Positions 1 to 11,358 of a stretch of DNA of 64,000 bases are shown here, one piece after another. Under the pieces are notes generated by a model. The model saw nothing but the letters and a program-made list of their open reading frames with translations. It was not told the DNA's origin and ran no database searches. The translations under genes were made by a program, and so were the position numbers. The stretch is from Diadema antillarum. Lineage: Eukaryota. Numbering within the stretch: the stretch's first letter is position 1; each line of letters opens with the position of its first letter. The stretch lies in contig NW_027272221.1 in the NCBI RefSeq assembly GCF_040938485.1, positions 682,001 through 746,000 on the forward strand, in the 5' to 3' direction.

Positions 1-167
1 TTCTTAAAGTAAATCAACAGTGAACTTAGCATTTAGCTATGCGAAACAGTTGGATTTGTGTTGTTTTGTTTTGTTTTTCCGAATGGATACTGTTCACATT
101 TTAACATGCAGACCTGTATAAAGTAATCATAATATCATCAACTAATTCAGAAATTTATATGTCTTAC

Positions 168-234
168 CGGTGTCCTCAACGAACAGAGAACCAACTACCA
201 GGAGAACCAAACACAGGATCACAAGTTTCTGCAT
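168..234 (-). CDS. Secreted Arg-rich peptide gene A, exon 1 (signal peptide MQKLVILCLVLLVVGSLFVEDT); later exons lie outside the window
   Basis: ATG at 234, 22 codons + 1 nt, then GTAAG donor (cttac at 163-167); nearly identical to exon 1 of genes B and C. Confidence 0.85.
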
Positions 235-321
235 TTTACACTTAGTCAACGGAGTATATCCTCTTGAAAGAAAGAAAGATTCCGTCATGCTGAATCAGCG
301 TCAGATGCATTTATGATGCTG

Positions 322-822
322 TTGTTGTTGTTTTAGATTGTGGAGCTCTCTGCCGGGTGGGCAATTTGCTCCAAAAAATATAGTTATTCAAATATGCCTG
401 AAATTTAATTATAAAAACCTAAAATACTTTAAATTATTTACAAAACACCAAATTACATTTATTTTTATATTTACAATGATGTATATACATCGGAAGGAAG
501 GGGACAGGGTTCCGGAAATGATGTCATCTGCCTACTCCTGCATCGAGAGAAATGCAGGGTTACGCCGTTCCCGTCGGCAAAGCAGGTATAGGACCCGCCC
601 GCCGACGCCGGTGATGTCTTGGCCTTTCCCGGGGTCAGGCGCCTCTAGTTGTCTTATCGGCCTAGGTGTTAATTATTATTAGCCTAGTAGGCAGAGACAT
701 CGTGGAAGAGAAGTGTTGATAGAAGAATAGCGGAAAGGGTGAAGACAGAACGAGAAGACAGACAGCTAGGGGGGTGGAGGGTGCTGAGCTCCTCTCTCTG
801 ACATAGGGTCAGCCCGTTACCA
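322..822 (-). mobile_element. Retroposon insertion (truncated LINE 3' end or SINE) with (CAA)n tail and 15-bp TSD
   Basis: GCATTTATGATGCTG duplicated at 307-321 and 823-837; paralogue B has the empty site near 8059-8075; (TTG)n at the left end reads (CAA)n on the minus strand. Confidence 0.8.
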
Positions 823-902
823 GCATTTATGATGCTGCTTTAGCAGCTAGTCTTTATGACCAGCCATCTGACGAATCAGAGAAGAGGGTCATACTCTGTA
901 AC

Positions 903-956
903 TGCACGCTCCAGTGCATTACGTTGTTCCAAAATCAATACTTACGATATGCAAAT
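903..956. promoter_or_regulatory. Conserved upstream block of gene A: TGCAC-N6-GTGCA and octamer ATGCAAAT
   Basis: TGCACGCTCCAGTGCA at 903-918, ATGCAAAT at 949-956; same motifs at 8141-8194 (B) and 26996-27049 (C). Confidence 0.45.
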
Positions 957-2408
957 ACGTGAATAACTTCTCAATAAGGTTATGCAGTATCATCTTATTA
1001 TATGGCTTTGGGTGTGTGTATATTGTGTGTTTGTGTGCGCATGTAATGCACCGAAAGAGATATTGAATTTTGTTTTGGATTGAAAGTCGTTATCCCTGCG
1101 AAATCACTTCTTTAAATACACATTTTTCTCATTATGATGTATGCAACTTTCTCAGAGCTCTGTGATGAGTCACGTTCACATACATAATTATAAGTACAGA
1201 GAGAGAATCAATTTTGATTTTTAAGACCCTCAAGCTCGACACCATTAAGCAAATGATCAGCGACTGCGAGGGTGATGGTAACATCTAACATCGCCTCGGT
1301 GATCCATGAGGTGTCTATCCACCGCCTCGCCTTCGGCTCGGCCTGATGGACACTTCGGGGATCGCCTATGCGATGTAAACTTGGAGGGGGGGGGGGCGTT
1401 GTTGAAGCCTAAACCCCTGCTCGCAACACGCTTTTGGCTCTGAACAAAAATGAAAAAAAAAGCAAAAAAAAAAAAGATGAATGGCTTGATTTCTGGTTCG
1501 TACATCAAGACAAGTGAAAAAAAATAATTGTTTTCATCCGGTGTCTGAAAATATAAGAGAAAATAGACACTGAAATTAAAATTCTATTTAAAAGCTTTGT
1601 AGGAAAAGTGCTTTTGAAAGGAATTGGTCCCTCACAAGTGTTAACAGAGAAATAAATATTGTAAATTAAAAGAATCAAATGCGCAAATGCATGAAAACAA
1701 GCATGTTCTGCAGCGCAGCGCACCCTCGTTGAATGGATCATTAATTTTCATTTTCCACTTCATAAGATATCCTGTTCCTTGCACTCATAAATATTCATTA
1801 CTTGTATAATAATGAACTTCACTAATTTATAGCATGAAATGAAATGAAATTGAGTTAGAATGAATTATTTTAAGTTAAATTCATTTATATTTCATATATG
1901 GACATTTTATATCATGAATATAGACAGTAAAATACGTATATGCAAAATATCGATACGCTTTTAGATGAAATAAACACGTACAAATGTGGAGGGGACCACT
2001 GCTTGTCAAATGTAGTTCCCCTACGGATTAAAAACAAAATAATAGCAAAGAAACGAAAGAGAGGGGGTTGTTGTTGTTTTTCTTTTTGTTTTATTTTGTT
2101 TTGTTTTTGTTTTGTTTTGTTTTTGTTTGTTTTTTGCGGCGCACAATGTTTGTGGAATGGCCGACTGGTTCCTTCCATGTTTTTTTAAAGAAATAGTAAA
2201 TAAAACGGATATTTGTAAATATATGCGTATAGTTTTCTGTAATACGTGTACACTTGTTTGCACATGCATGGTATGTCTGGTATTCAGCAATATGGTATGA
2301 CCACAGAATACGAAGATTAATTTGCTTGGGTTATAATCAATTTGTGAATCGCAGGCATAGGTGTCATCTATTACACACTGTGCTCGTACTCTCTCACAAA
2401 CACAGACA

Positions 2409-2409
<1 letters not shown>

Positions 2410-2457
<48 letters not shown>
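2410..2457. repeat. (CA)n microsatellite
   Basis: Direct reading. Confidence 0.95.
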
Positions 2458-2459
<2 letters not shown>

Positions 2460-3800
2460 ATAACATACCAACACGGATAGTGGTACAGTATACGAAGAAC
2501 CATATACACAGACACATTCACGAACATTTTCGAAGGCCTATAGACCTTATGTATAGATTTCTAAAAAGTAGTCCCTCTTCCTCCTTTTTTATAAGTTTTA
2601 AATGATTTGTAGACGCGTTATTCTGAGGAGCATTTATCAGATAAAGATAATTTCAAAGAAATTATGTAGCTCTTCAAAGATGTAAATATCATTAAATTAA
2701 TATGTACAAATCTTAACACACACCACAGTCATTTTGATGTCATAATCATTATCTAGAACACGGTTTTTGCTTTTATTTTAACAAACGTTCTCTATAGAAA
2801 GTTTTATACATTTTCACATGACCCTTGGTATTCAAATGCAACGAACAAACTTGTACTAGCAAACATCGGTTCGAAATGGAGCTTAAACTTGTCAGTTTTT
2901 AAGAGGAATTCTTATAGTGAAGTAAACATACTGTATATCAATCACCAAACAGAAAAACAGGGTTGTTTATCCATGTTTCTGGCATTTGATTCGATTTTAC
3001 TATCAGTTGCCAATCAAACAATAGTGCTATAACAGCAAGACAATAGTACACTTTGATGATCTCAGAATACAATTATTCACACTACAAGAGGACAAGGAAA
3101 AAGCGTATAAAATAAGACTAAATGGATCGAAGCAAAGTCAAATCGTAGAATTTCTTCTAATTCAGTTGACGAGAAGTAGTAAAACAGTTGTTGATAATAC
3201 AAGTATCCTCTTCATGCATATTTGTTTACACAAAAGGATCATAGGTCTAACAGAATTAGAAAGCATCTCATTTATCTTAAATGATGAGCATAAATACAGG
3301 AATGCCTTGGCAGAAATCTGCGCGATGACACTACCCGGCCTATATAGGCGTGTATATTGCTATTGTTCCATACAAAAGTGGACTGAAATAATTATTATAC
3401 TTGACTTCATTGTTGGTACATAAAATGACTTACAGGTTTTGCTAACAAGCTTTGATCTAAACCAACGTTGTTGCTTATGGTTTTTCGTGTCGACCTATTT
3501 GAAAGTTATAAAAAAACCTGATTCTCCTGACTCTCAGGGTACTTTCTCCTTTTTAAATTTGATACGAAATTATACCAATAAACGTTACTGTCACCCCTTG
3601 ATGTAAAAGTAATAGAGAGTCAGTCAAAATGAGACAAACATTATCAATAGCCGCATTACCTGAGCCTGTCGGGAAATTACCATCTACTAGTAAGTGGTGT
3701 TTTCTTCAGATTTTTAATGAGGTGTTTATTCCCTTCAGCAGGCCCTATCTAGTTATTTCGTAGTAAAATGTTACACTTTCTAGTCAAATGCCATTCCGTT

Positions 3801-3806
3801 TTTATT
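3801..3806 (-). terminator. Candidate polyadenylation signal of gene B
   Basis: AATAAA on the minus strand about 140 nt after the stop; a second one at 3725-3730. Confidence 0.45.
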
Positions 3807-3943
3807 TCTATGTTTTTTTTTTATCAAAAGAGAAAAGTTTATAACCAACTAAACACAACTGACGACATAATCTCTATTTAGATAGCATCCGACTTTAGCA
3901 TCCCTCTGTCCAGGCGGCTTACTCGAAGTCGCCATCAGTGCCG

Positions 3944-4041
3944 TTAGTCAAGCCCGTGGTCGCTCATCTTCAAGTTGCATGCTTCAGCGTCAGCTTTCAT
4001 CCAGACCTCTGCGGCGTTCTCTTCAAATCTCTGGACGTGAT
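3944..4041 (-). CDS. Gene B exon 3 (DHVQRFEENAAEVWMKADAEACNLKMSDHGLD*)
   Basis: Acceptor ctgttttcatgttatag, phase 1, 98 nt to TAA; same length as exon 3 of C and D and aligns without gaps. Confidence 0.85.
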
Positions 4042-4221
4042 CTATAACATGAAAACAGAGTATAGTACAGAAGATAATTAAATCATGATATATTCCCTAG
4101 CAAGGCTCCATTTCCAGGAATGGTCTTCGTTCATTAGTCATGGATGAAAGTAGATCATCTTATCACTTTAAATATTACCTGTTAAAGGCCTGTACAGTCG
4201 AATGTAAGATGGTATACTCAC

Positions 4222-4272
4222 CACTTGGGGAGCTCGTCGAATCTCGGCGACGGCGACGCCTTCTCCACGCAT
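4222..4272 (-). CDS. Gene B exon 2 (DAWRRRRRRRDSTSSPS)
   Basis: Acceptor tctattctttctcaacag, donor GTGAGT, 51 nt, phase 1-1. Confidence 0.85.
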
Positions 4273-4429
4273 CTGTTGAGAAAGAATAGATATTACACTA
4301 TGCTTTGATTTTGTCACTAATTACAGTTGTCAAAACAATTTTAGTTTCACCAGCTTCCTTTGATCGATTTTGACCCTTTAAATTAGTAAGATATTCTTCC
4401 ACCTTCAGTGTCTAATTTAGGGTTACAGT

Positions 4430-4750
4430 TGGTCATTCCGAAGTTTTATTCTTTCGAAGATGTGTTCACCCGAATCCGAAAGAGCCTCGCTACTCCGAAG
4501 GTTCCTTGATCCAAAAGTTTAGAAAAAGTTTTTTTATTCCGAAGGGTTTCTTTTTGTGGTTTTTTGTTTTTCAAAACGCACTTACTCGTCATTTTCGAGT
4601 TAGAAATTTGAGGAACCTTCATTTTTGAAATATTGAACGTACAGAATTGCCAACCTTATTTCGTTTTCGGATTTATAGAACCTTCACAATAAAGAAAGCT
4701 TACTCCATTTTTTGATTTCCAACGAACTTCCGGAATAACGAACATCACCG
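4430..4750. repeat. Interspersed repeat family built on TTCCGAAGGTTCG-like motifs (probable non-autonomous DNA transposon)
   Basis: Related motif arrays at about 6640-6740, 11590-11830, 15100-15330 (duplicate of this copy), 38950-39040 and 45690-45890. Confidence 0.55.
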
Positions 4751-5511
4751 TGATCTCCATAATAATCCACCTGTTTCTTAATTCATGACTACACTCAATC
4801 TTTTTCCGTTCCTTATTGCTCAGCATCTCATGAATATGTTCATCAAATCATATCACGCCAATAAACTTTGAAAATTGGCAGTGGAGTTCAGTGAGGAATC
4901 TATCAATGCCTTATGTTGGTTCTTTTCTCTCTCTCTCTCTCTGCGCTGTCTTCATGCAATACTACGTTACCATACAGTTTTGAACTAACATCAACTCTGA
5001 AACCACATCCATGCAACTTCTTTATACTCCTGGTGGTAGATGTAACTCTTGTTATTCCCTCCGTAAAGATGATCGCACGCTCGATCTATATTACCAAATA
5101 GACACCATGTGTTTATTTGATGGGATATGGGGGAATACTTTATACTATGTTATACCAGCATGACCAGGGAATCCTTGGATTGGTCCAGGGACGACCTAAG
5201 GTGTAGTATGTCATTCTTTCTTGAGGCTTGTTAGCGTACAGAATGTGTCGGTTTTCGTTGCGTTAACATTAAACTTGATTCACCATACCACACAAGGGAA
5301 GTTTTGCATTGCAGAATTGAAATTCGACGAAATTTGTGGAATATTTTCACCTGTTGTTCGGCACGTGCGTCTTTCTTTAATAATTTGTAAAATAAGTTGG
5401 TAGAGGTAAACTGAGCAGGGAGAGGGCGTGGCAGCTAGATTTTTTTTTTTATCCATTCAAGCGCATTACACAGTGTGTGCCTGGTTGATACAGTTTGCTG
5501 ACTACTGCTAT

Positions 5512-6628
5512 GGGCCCGGTCACACTGCCCAAAAGTCGCGTAAACGCATGAATCACGCAAGAAATTTGTTTGTGCGTGCTTGTCCGTCGAGAATTTTCGC
5601 TGATTTACGCGATGAAAATCACCGATGAATTGGGCTAGAACTACGGAAAGATCACGCAAAAATCACTCACAAACCACGCACTTTCAGCCCATAGGCACGC
5701 AAAGGCCCCAAATAGGGCGAATTCGAAGTTGTGCGCGACGACTGAGGTCCAAGGAAAACCACGCATAATCTGCGCTTTATCACTTATGAACTGCGTATGA
5801 ATCGCGCATGTTTCGCTCATGAACGCGATGGCGGCAACATTTGCGCCGAACAATCATTGATATTCCACGCATATTTCGCGCATTGTTCGCGTATGAACTA
5901 CGCAAACTACGCAACTACGCGAAGCCGAGTTTTGAGCTGCTCAAAACCTGGCCAAGACCCGGTCAGACTGACCGAAAGTCGCGTAAACGCATGAATCACG
6001 TAAGAAATGGATTTGTCTGTAAAACGTGGAGCCTTCGTAGTTGTCAGTCGATGTGCGCTTTACGCGATTCCGGGTTTTGAGCAGCTCAAAATTCGGCTTC
6101 GCGTAAAAGTTTACGCAGTATTGCGCTGTTTACGTAATTTTTGCGTAGTTTGAAATATGCGTGGAATATCAGTGATCGTTCGCGAAAATGTTACCGCTAT
6201 TATATCGCGTTCACCGACGACTTTCCACTAACGATTAGCAGACATGTTTCGCGCATGTAACACCTACGTATCACTGAAAATCACTTTAAAAAATATTGGC
6301 GTATGTATCTCTAACAGAACACGTAAATAAGCGCATGTAATACTTATGAAATACTGATGAATCACTGATGTATCATTAACAACTCACGTATGATTGGCGT
6401 TACATTGAAACGGCCATTTCATCATCTCCCGCCAGGCCAATTCCTGCTGCCGAGAGGTGCACATCAAACCCGAGTTTTGCATGATCTTTCTGTAGTTCTA
6501 GCGCAATTCATCGGTGATATTAACAGCGCAAGTCGGCGAAAATGGTCAAATTCTCGACGGACAAGCATGAAAAACCAAATTTCTTACGTGATTCATGCGT
6601 TTACGCGACTTTTGGACAGTGTAGTCCG
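5512..6628. mobile_element. CpG-rich foldback element with long TIRs, PIF/Harbinger-like MITE, in gene B intron 1
   Basis: Left arm GGGCCCGGTCACACTG...CGCGTAAACGCATGAATCACG is inverted at 6470-6628; a third terminal copy near 5957; inner inverted arms near 5780-5950 and 6070-6240; absent from gene C intron. Confidence 0.7.
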
Positions 6629-7917
6629 AAAATGGAAAAAGTGAAGAAAAACCTGCTGAATTACGAACCTTTATTTCGTTTTCAGATTAACGAACTTTCG
6701 AAAAAAAAAAGAACCTTATTTTACTTTCGGATTAACCAATGTTTCCTCCCTCTCAGCTCCCTCTCAGTGTCCTGCTATGGATTACTTGCCCTTCTTGCTC
6801 CATAAACATGGTCTTACATTTTGCAGATGCGATGTTTCTTTCATTTCGAACATTGGCCAGAGCTTTTTAGCTTTTCGGACAAATAGCAATTGCCTTTTAA
6901 GACGTATACTCAAGGTCCAGGCCTTTAGACTGTCGTGATGCAAAATCTGCTTATTGTGTTCTCCGGCGAGAGCACTTAACGCATCAGAAGCACCTATAGT
7001 CTGGGACACAGAGTTAAACGCTCCGCCCACAATGCGCGCTCGACCAAATTCGCTTGATGTCATGAAAATAGGTGGAGGAGACTTGGAAGCGAATGAACGT
7101 CCCTTATCACATTTGATTAGGATTTATTGATCTCTGAACTCATCAAACGCCTTGGATGGAAAGCTGTCCTGAACAGAAAAGAAGGAGTCATTATGGTGTA
7201 TGAGATTCGCTCCTTGCTGCGACAACATAATGTTCCAGTGTTACATTTTCAACAAACTTTGACCAAATGCACTATACCTTGTAATGAGAAAAAAAAATAA
7301 TGATAATTATTCGAACTATAGTTATTGATGGGATGTGTTTTCTCGACATCTTTCTTGAGATTAATCATTCTCTCATTTTTTTTTTGCTGCTCGACTTTAA
7401 GTAATTTTGCCTCAAACCTCAACCTCTCGCCTTAAAAACAGAATGTGATAAGTCAGCCATGGCAAGTGGATCTGAAAGAAAAAAAAATCTCCGCTTTCTA
7501 TACTAGTTTCTCTCCTCTGTTATCGTTTCAAACGCTCAGTCATAGCCAAGACCTTTCCACCTGAGTATAACATGAAATTGATGTGAACTGATCGCCAGTG
7601 AGTGATTTTATTTTTTATTTTTTACAGCGCAATCGAGTGTCGTCGAAATTACGCGATCATCAGAATGCAAGTCTCTTGAAATAGCTGAATGAATTTAACT
7701 GGAACCACACACAGACGCAGAAAACATGAACTTAAAGTATTCAAAATCTTAAAATATATCAACAGTGAAAGTAGCATTTAGTTATGCGAGAATCCAATGT
7801 TTGTTTGTTTTTGGGGTTTTTTTGGTTTTTTTTTTCCGAATGGATACTCTTCAAATTTTAAAGTGCAGACCTGTATATGGTGATAATATCATCAACTAAT
7901 TCAGAAATATGTCTTAC

Positions 7918-7984
7918 CGGTGTCCTCAACGAAGACAGAACCAACGACCAGGAGAACCAAACACAGGATCACAAGTTTCTGCAT
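7918..7984 (-). CDS. Gene B exon 1 (MQKLVILCLVLLVVGSVFVEDT); joined CDS 7984-7918, 4272-4222, 4041-3944 = 71 aa
   Basis: ATG, 67 nt, GTAAG donor; the joined 216-nt CDS is open with canonical splice sites. Confidence 0.85.
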
Positions 7985-8277
7985 TTTACACTCAGTAACT
8001 GGAGTATATAGCCTCTTGACAAAAGAAAGATTCCCTAATTGCTGAATCAGCGTCAGATGCATTTATGATGCTGGTTTAGCAGCTAGCGCTTTATGACCAG
8101 CCATCTGACGAATCAAAGAAGAGGGTCATGCTCTGTAAATTGCACGCTCTAGTGCATTACGTTGTTTCAACATTAATATTTATGATATGCAAATTCGTGA
8201 ATAACTTCTCAATAGGATTATGCAGTACGATCTCATTATATTTAAATGTTTAAGCTTCTTGTATACCAACCTTTATG

Positions 8278-8315
8278 GGCAAGCTTTCGTCCTTTCCTGA
8301 GGACTTTCTCAAGCC
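8278..8315 (-). ncRNA. Minimal type I hammerhead ribozyme motif of the Penelope repeat (U3-A8 core variant)
   Basis: Minus strand reads GGC UUGAGAA A GUCCU CAGGAA AGGAC GAAA GC UU GCC: stem I, core, stem II, GAAA, palindromic AAGCUU stem III. Confidence 0.65.
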
Positions 8316-8524
8316 TTATGCACTGAAGTATTGTCTTGCTGCCGTAGAATGTCTTTGTTGATCACTGGACCATAGATGGGTGAGATTGTATAGCCAGAGT
8401 CTCTATTGAGAGCTGGTTTGATCCTTTATTTTTCTTTTCAACGAGTTGTTTTCGAGGTCAATGATAAGAGCCTCATCCCATACAATACTTGTCCTGTATA
8501 GTAAGCGTGTTCAGCTATCGCCTA

Positions 8525-8715
8525 TTAGTGTGATGGGTTGTTTAGCCTCAGTGCCCTTTTTTGTTTCTTAAATCTCTTATTCAAGATTCTGCTAGTTTCT
8601 CCAATGTAGCAGTTGTGGCAATCAGCACAGGTGACCTTATACACAATGTCTGACCTTGTTTGTCTCGGGACTTTGTCTTTTTGGTGAACTAGTCTCCTTC
8701 TAAGGGTATTAGAGC
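8525..8715 (-). pseudogene. Penelope GIY-YIG endonuclease fragment
   Basis: KDKVPRQTRSDIVYKVTCADCHNCYIGETSRILNKRF has the VY-x-I/V-x-C-x2-C-x3-YIGET motif with the CxxC insert typical of PLEs. Confidence 0.85.
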
Positions 8716-9529
8716 TCTTAAAAAGCAATATCAACGTCCTTGTTGTGGGATGCTCTTTTCAGACAGGAAGATATTGTGTTTACGAAGGGGAAGACTACCC
8801 TATTGTTTAGTCTCCTTTCTTTTCTTTGTGGGTGACTCAGTTCTTGTTTTGTCCTTGGCTTTTTGTCTCATCAAAGCTGGGGATCCACATGACGTAAGGG
8901 CCTTGTCAATATGGTGGAATTCACCCTGTAGTGCATCATTGTCACAGGTTACATTTCGAGGACGAAAGTTTGCCCACTACAAATAAAGGTTGGTAGAATT
9001 AAGCTTAAACATTTAAACATATTGTAATCCAAAACCGATGAAAGATTTCAGATCTCATTATAGGTTATGGGTGTGTGCAGTGTGTGCATACAATACATCG
9101 AAATAGATACTGAATTTTGTTTTGGATTGAACATTGTTTTGCCTGCCAAGCTTGTCATTGTTACTGGTATGTATACGCATTTTTCTCGTTATAAAGTATT
9201 GGACTTTCAAAGAGTTTTGTGCTGAGTCACACTCACACATACAATGTATAAGTACAGAGAGAGAATCAATTTTGAATTTTTTAAGACCCAAAAGCTCCAC
9301 ACCATTATTAAGTAAAAGATCAGCGACTGTGAGGGTGATGGTAAAATCTAACACAGCCCCGATGGTCCCTGAGGCCTGGGGTCTATCCACCCTCGCCTTC
9401 AGCTCGACCTGATAGACAACTTGCGAATCACCTATGCGATGTTAGATTGAGGGGAAGGAGGTTGCTGAGGCCTAAATCGCTGTTCACGACACACTTCTGA
9501 GGAGGAGAATAGACACTGATATTAAACCT

Positions 9530-10030
9530 ATAAAGCCTAAGCTATTTTACCCTCTTCCAGGCCAAAGATTTACTACATGGGAAAAGCAAGTCAACCTTTA
9601 CTATTTGTAAAAAGGTAATCTTTGAAAAATGATGTATTTCGATTAATTCTATAATATCTATAGTTTGATGCCTATATGTTATTTAAAAATAAAGGAAATT
9701 ACAAGGAGACCATTTCAGGGTAATTCACAACCATGATTATTTCACATTTTGGTCCTTCAGCAAACTACAGCTAAGAAAACCCCCATTTCATCCATTTTTA
9801 TATTGTTAACTGAAATTAGAACAGAAAATCATAAAAAAATCTAACTAACATGGTTGTCAATTTACGGTTACCATGGCAACCAGCAATATCGGACATATCG
9901 GACATAAGTTATATATAAAAAATGTTTGCAATAAAATTTTAGGAAAAGTCACCAAAGTTGGTTGAAATCGGATGAAGGGTGTAGGAGTGGCAAATGAAAA
10001 TTTGGTAGGGGGACACAATGAGGGTTAAGT
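9530..10030. mobile_element. Non-autonomous DNA transposon-like insertion, absent from the paralogous unit
   Basis: Interrupts collinearity with 1560-1610; its right part recurs near 59540-59630. Confidence 0.5.
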
Positions 10031-10054
10031 TCTATAAATGCTTTGAAAGGAAGG

Positions 10055-10437
10055 CAGAGCTACCAAGTCTCACGCATTCTGCGTGAGACTCAAGCATTTG
10101 GGGTCATCTCACGCATGGCACCCATTTTTCTCACGCATCGGGCGAAGTCTGCAACTTGGGCCTATAATAATGAGCATAGCTCAAAAGATTAAAGTGATAG
10201 TTGCAAATGAAGGTATATTTCCCTTTTGTCTTTCAAAATAAGTAAAGAATAGTTACTTAAGTATGCACCTGATCGCACCATTAAGAGCTAAAAATATTGA
10301 AAAAGCTCCCTACCATGGGAGGCCACAGGGGGGGGGGGGAACCCCTCCCACACCCTCGCTCGCGCGCACATTAGCATGTCGAGATGCCGAGTCATGAAAA
10401 TCTCACTCATAATTTTTTTTTGAACTTGGAATCCCTG
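10055..10437. mobile_element. MITE with CAG(A/G)G...CCCTG termini (hAT-like)
   Basis: CAGAGCTACCAAGT and AACTTGGAATCCCTG are imperfect TIRs; GGAAGG repeated on both flanks; empty site near 1618-1630. Confidence 0.55.
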
Positions 10438-10922
10438 GGAAGGGGTCCCTCACAAATGTTCACAGAGAAATAAAAATGGTAAAGAAAAAAACCCAATAAG
10501 AACCAAGTGCATGAAGACAAGCATTCGTATCTTAGGAATCAGTCATTTGGAATTTGTTGTGTCATCAGAATATTTGACTTTGCAAATGCTTTGCATGAAA
10601 TCCGAAAAAAAAAATGTCCCTGCTTAAACATCATTACATTTCTTTAAGGCCCCCTTACATCCAAATCTCGTTCTGCGGCCATGGTTATACTTCTACTGGT
10701 GTAAATCGGTCTTTCCCACGCAATTCATGGTTTGTTTGTTTTTATGCATCGAAATATGTCTCAGATGTTGTAGGGCCTATATTGTTGAAGTTTTTGATCT
10801 ACCGTGTGTTTTTTTTTTCTGCACCGATAAGTAGCCCCTCGAAATCTGTCTCACCTGTGGTGATGTCATCAGCATAGAAGTTACCTGAGCAGATACCACT
10901 CTATCTAGACATGTGCAACTTA

Positions 10923-11358
10923 AAAGCCCCAGTCACATAGACATGCCGAAGCACCCCGGATCTGATCCGGGGTGATCCGGGGAGAGAGAACCGTGTTGAC
11001 GCCTTGGGCATCCTTAGACATCAGGGAGGCCAACGCGACAACTTTTGGAGGTCAAAAACATTAGGCGTCATCCGGCCCGGGACTGCCATGTTGGCCGAGC
11101 ACTCCGGGAAGGTCCGTGTGGCTGCCGTGTAGCTGCCGTGTTGATCCATGTAGCTGTCGTGTTAGTCCGTGTAGTTGCCGGGTGGGTCCGGCATGTCCGT
11201 GTTAGTGCCGTTGTAGATGCCGTGTAGCTGCCGCGTTGATACCTTGTGCACAGTCATCAACGCTCGTCGACGCTCCATCCAGGGAAAAAGTATCCCGTAA
11301 CTCCCCGGATCATGGTGTAAATCCTGGAGGATCGGTGTTTACATGTGACTGGGGCTTT
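10923..11358. mobile_element. MITE with perfect 16-bp TIR (PIF/Harbinger-like)
   Basis: AAAGCCCCAGTCACAT at 10923-10938 and ATGTGACTGGGGCTTT at 11343-11358; internal CCGTGTAG repeats. Confidence 0.75.

Larger units (their letters stand above)
1..7740. repeat. Tandem segmental duplication unit 1 (gene A exon 1, intergenic DNA, gene B exons 3-2 and most of intron 1)
   Basis: Collinear similarity: 1-1480 with 7740-9520; 1720-4300 with 12400-14930; 4300-5210 with 14930-15610, 17350-17440 and 23097-23190; 7540-7760 with 26390-26610. Confidence 0.85.
8241..9050 (-). mobile_element. 5'-truncated Penelope-like element with inverted terminal repeat and 12-bp TSD
   Basis: GATCTCATTATA at 8229-8240 and 9051-9062; about 55-bp inverted repeats at 8241-8293 and 8959-9017; GIY-YIG remnant; empty site in paralogues A and C. 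Confidence 0.85.

Noticed and set aside
2021-2527. 168-aa ORF and similar ORFs (16980-17354, 17485-17925, 37612-38082, 61115-61360)
   Set aside because: They are produced by microsatellites, homopolymers or TE interiors and show no domain motifs.
6782-7063. 93-aa ORF in gene B intron 1
   Set aside because: No recognisable domain and no counterpart in gene C intron.
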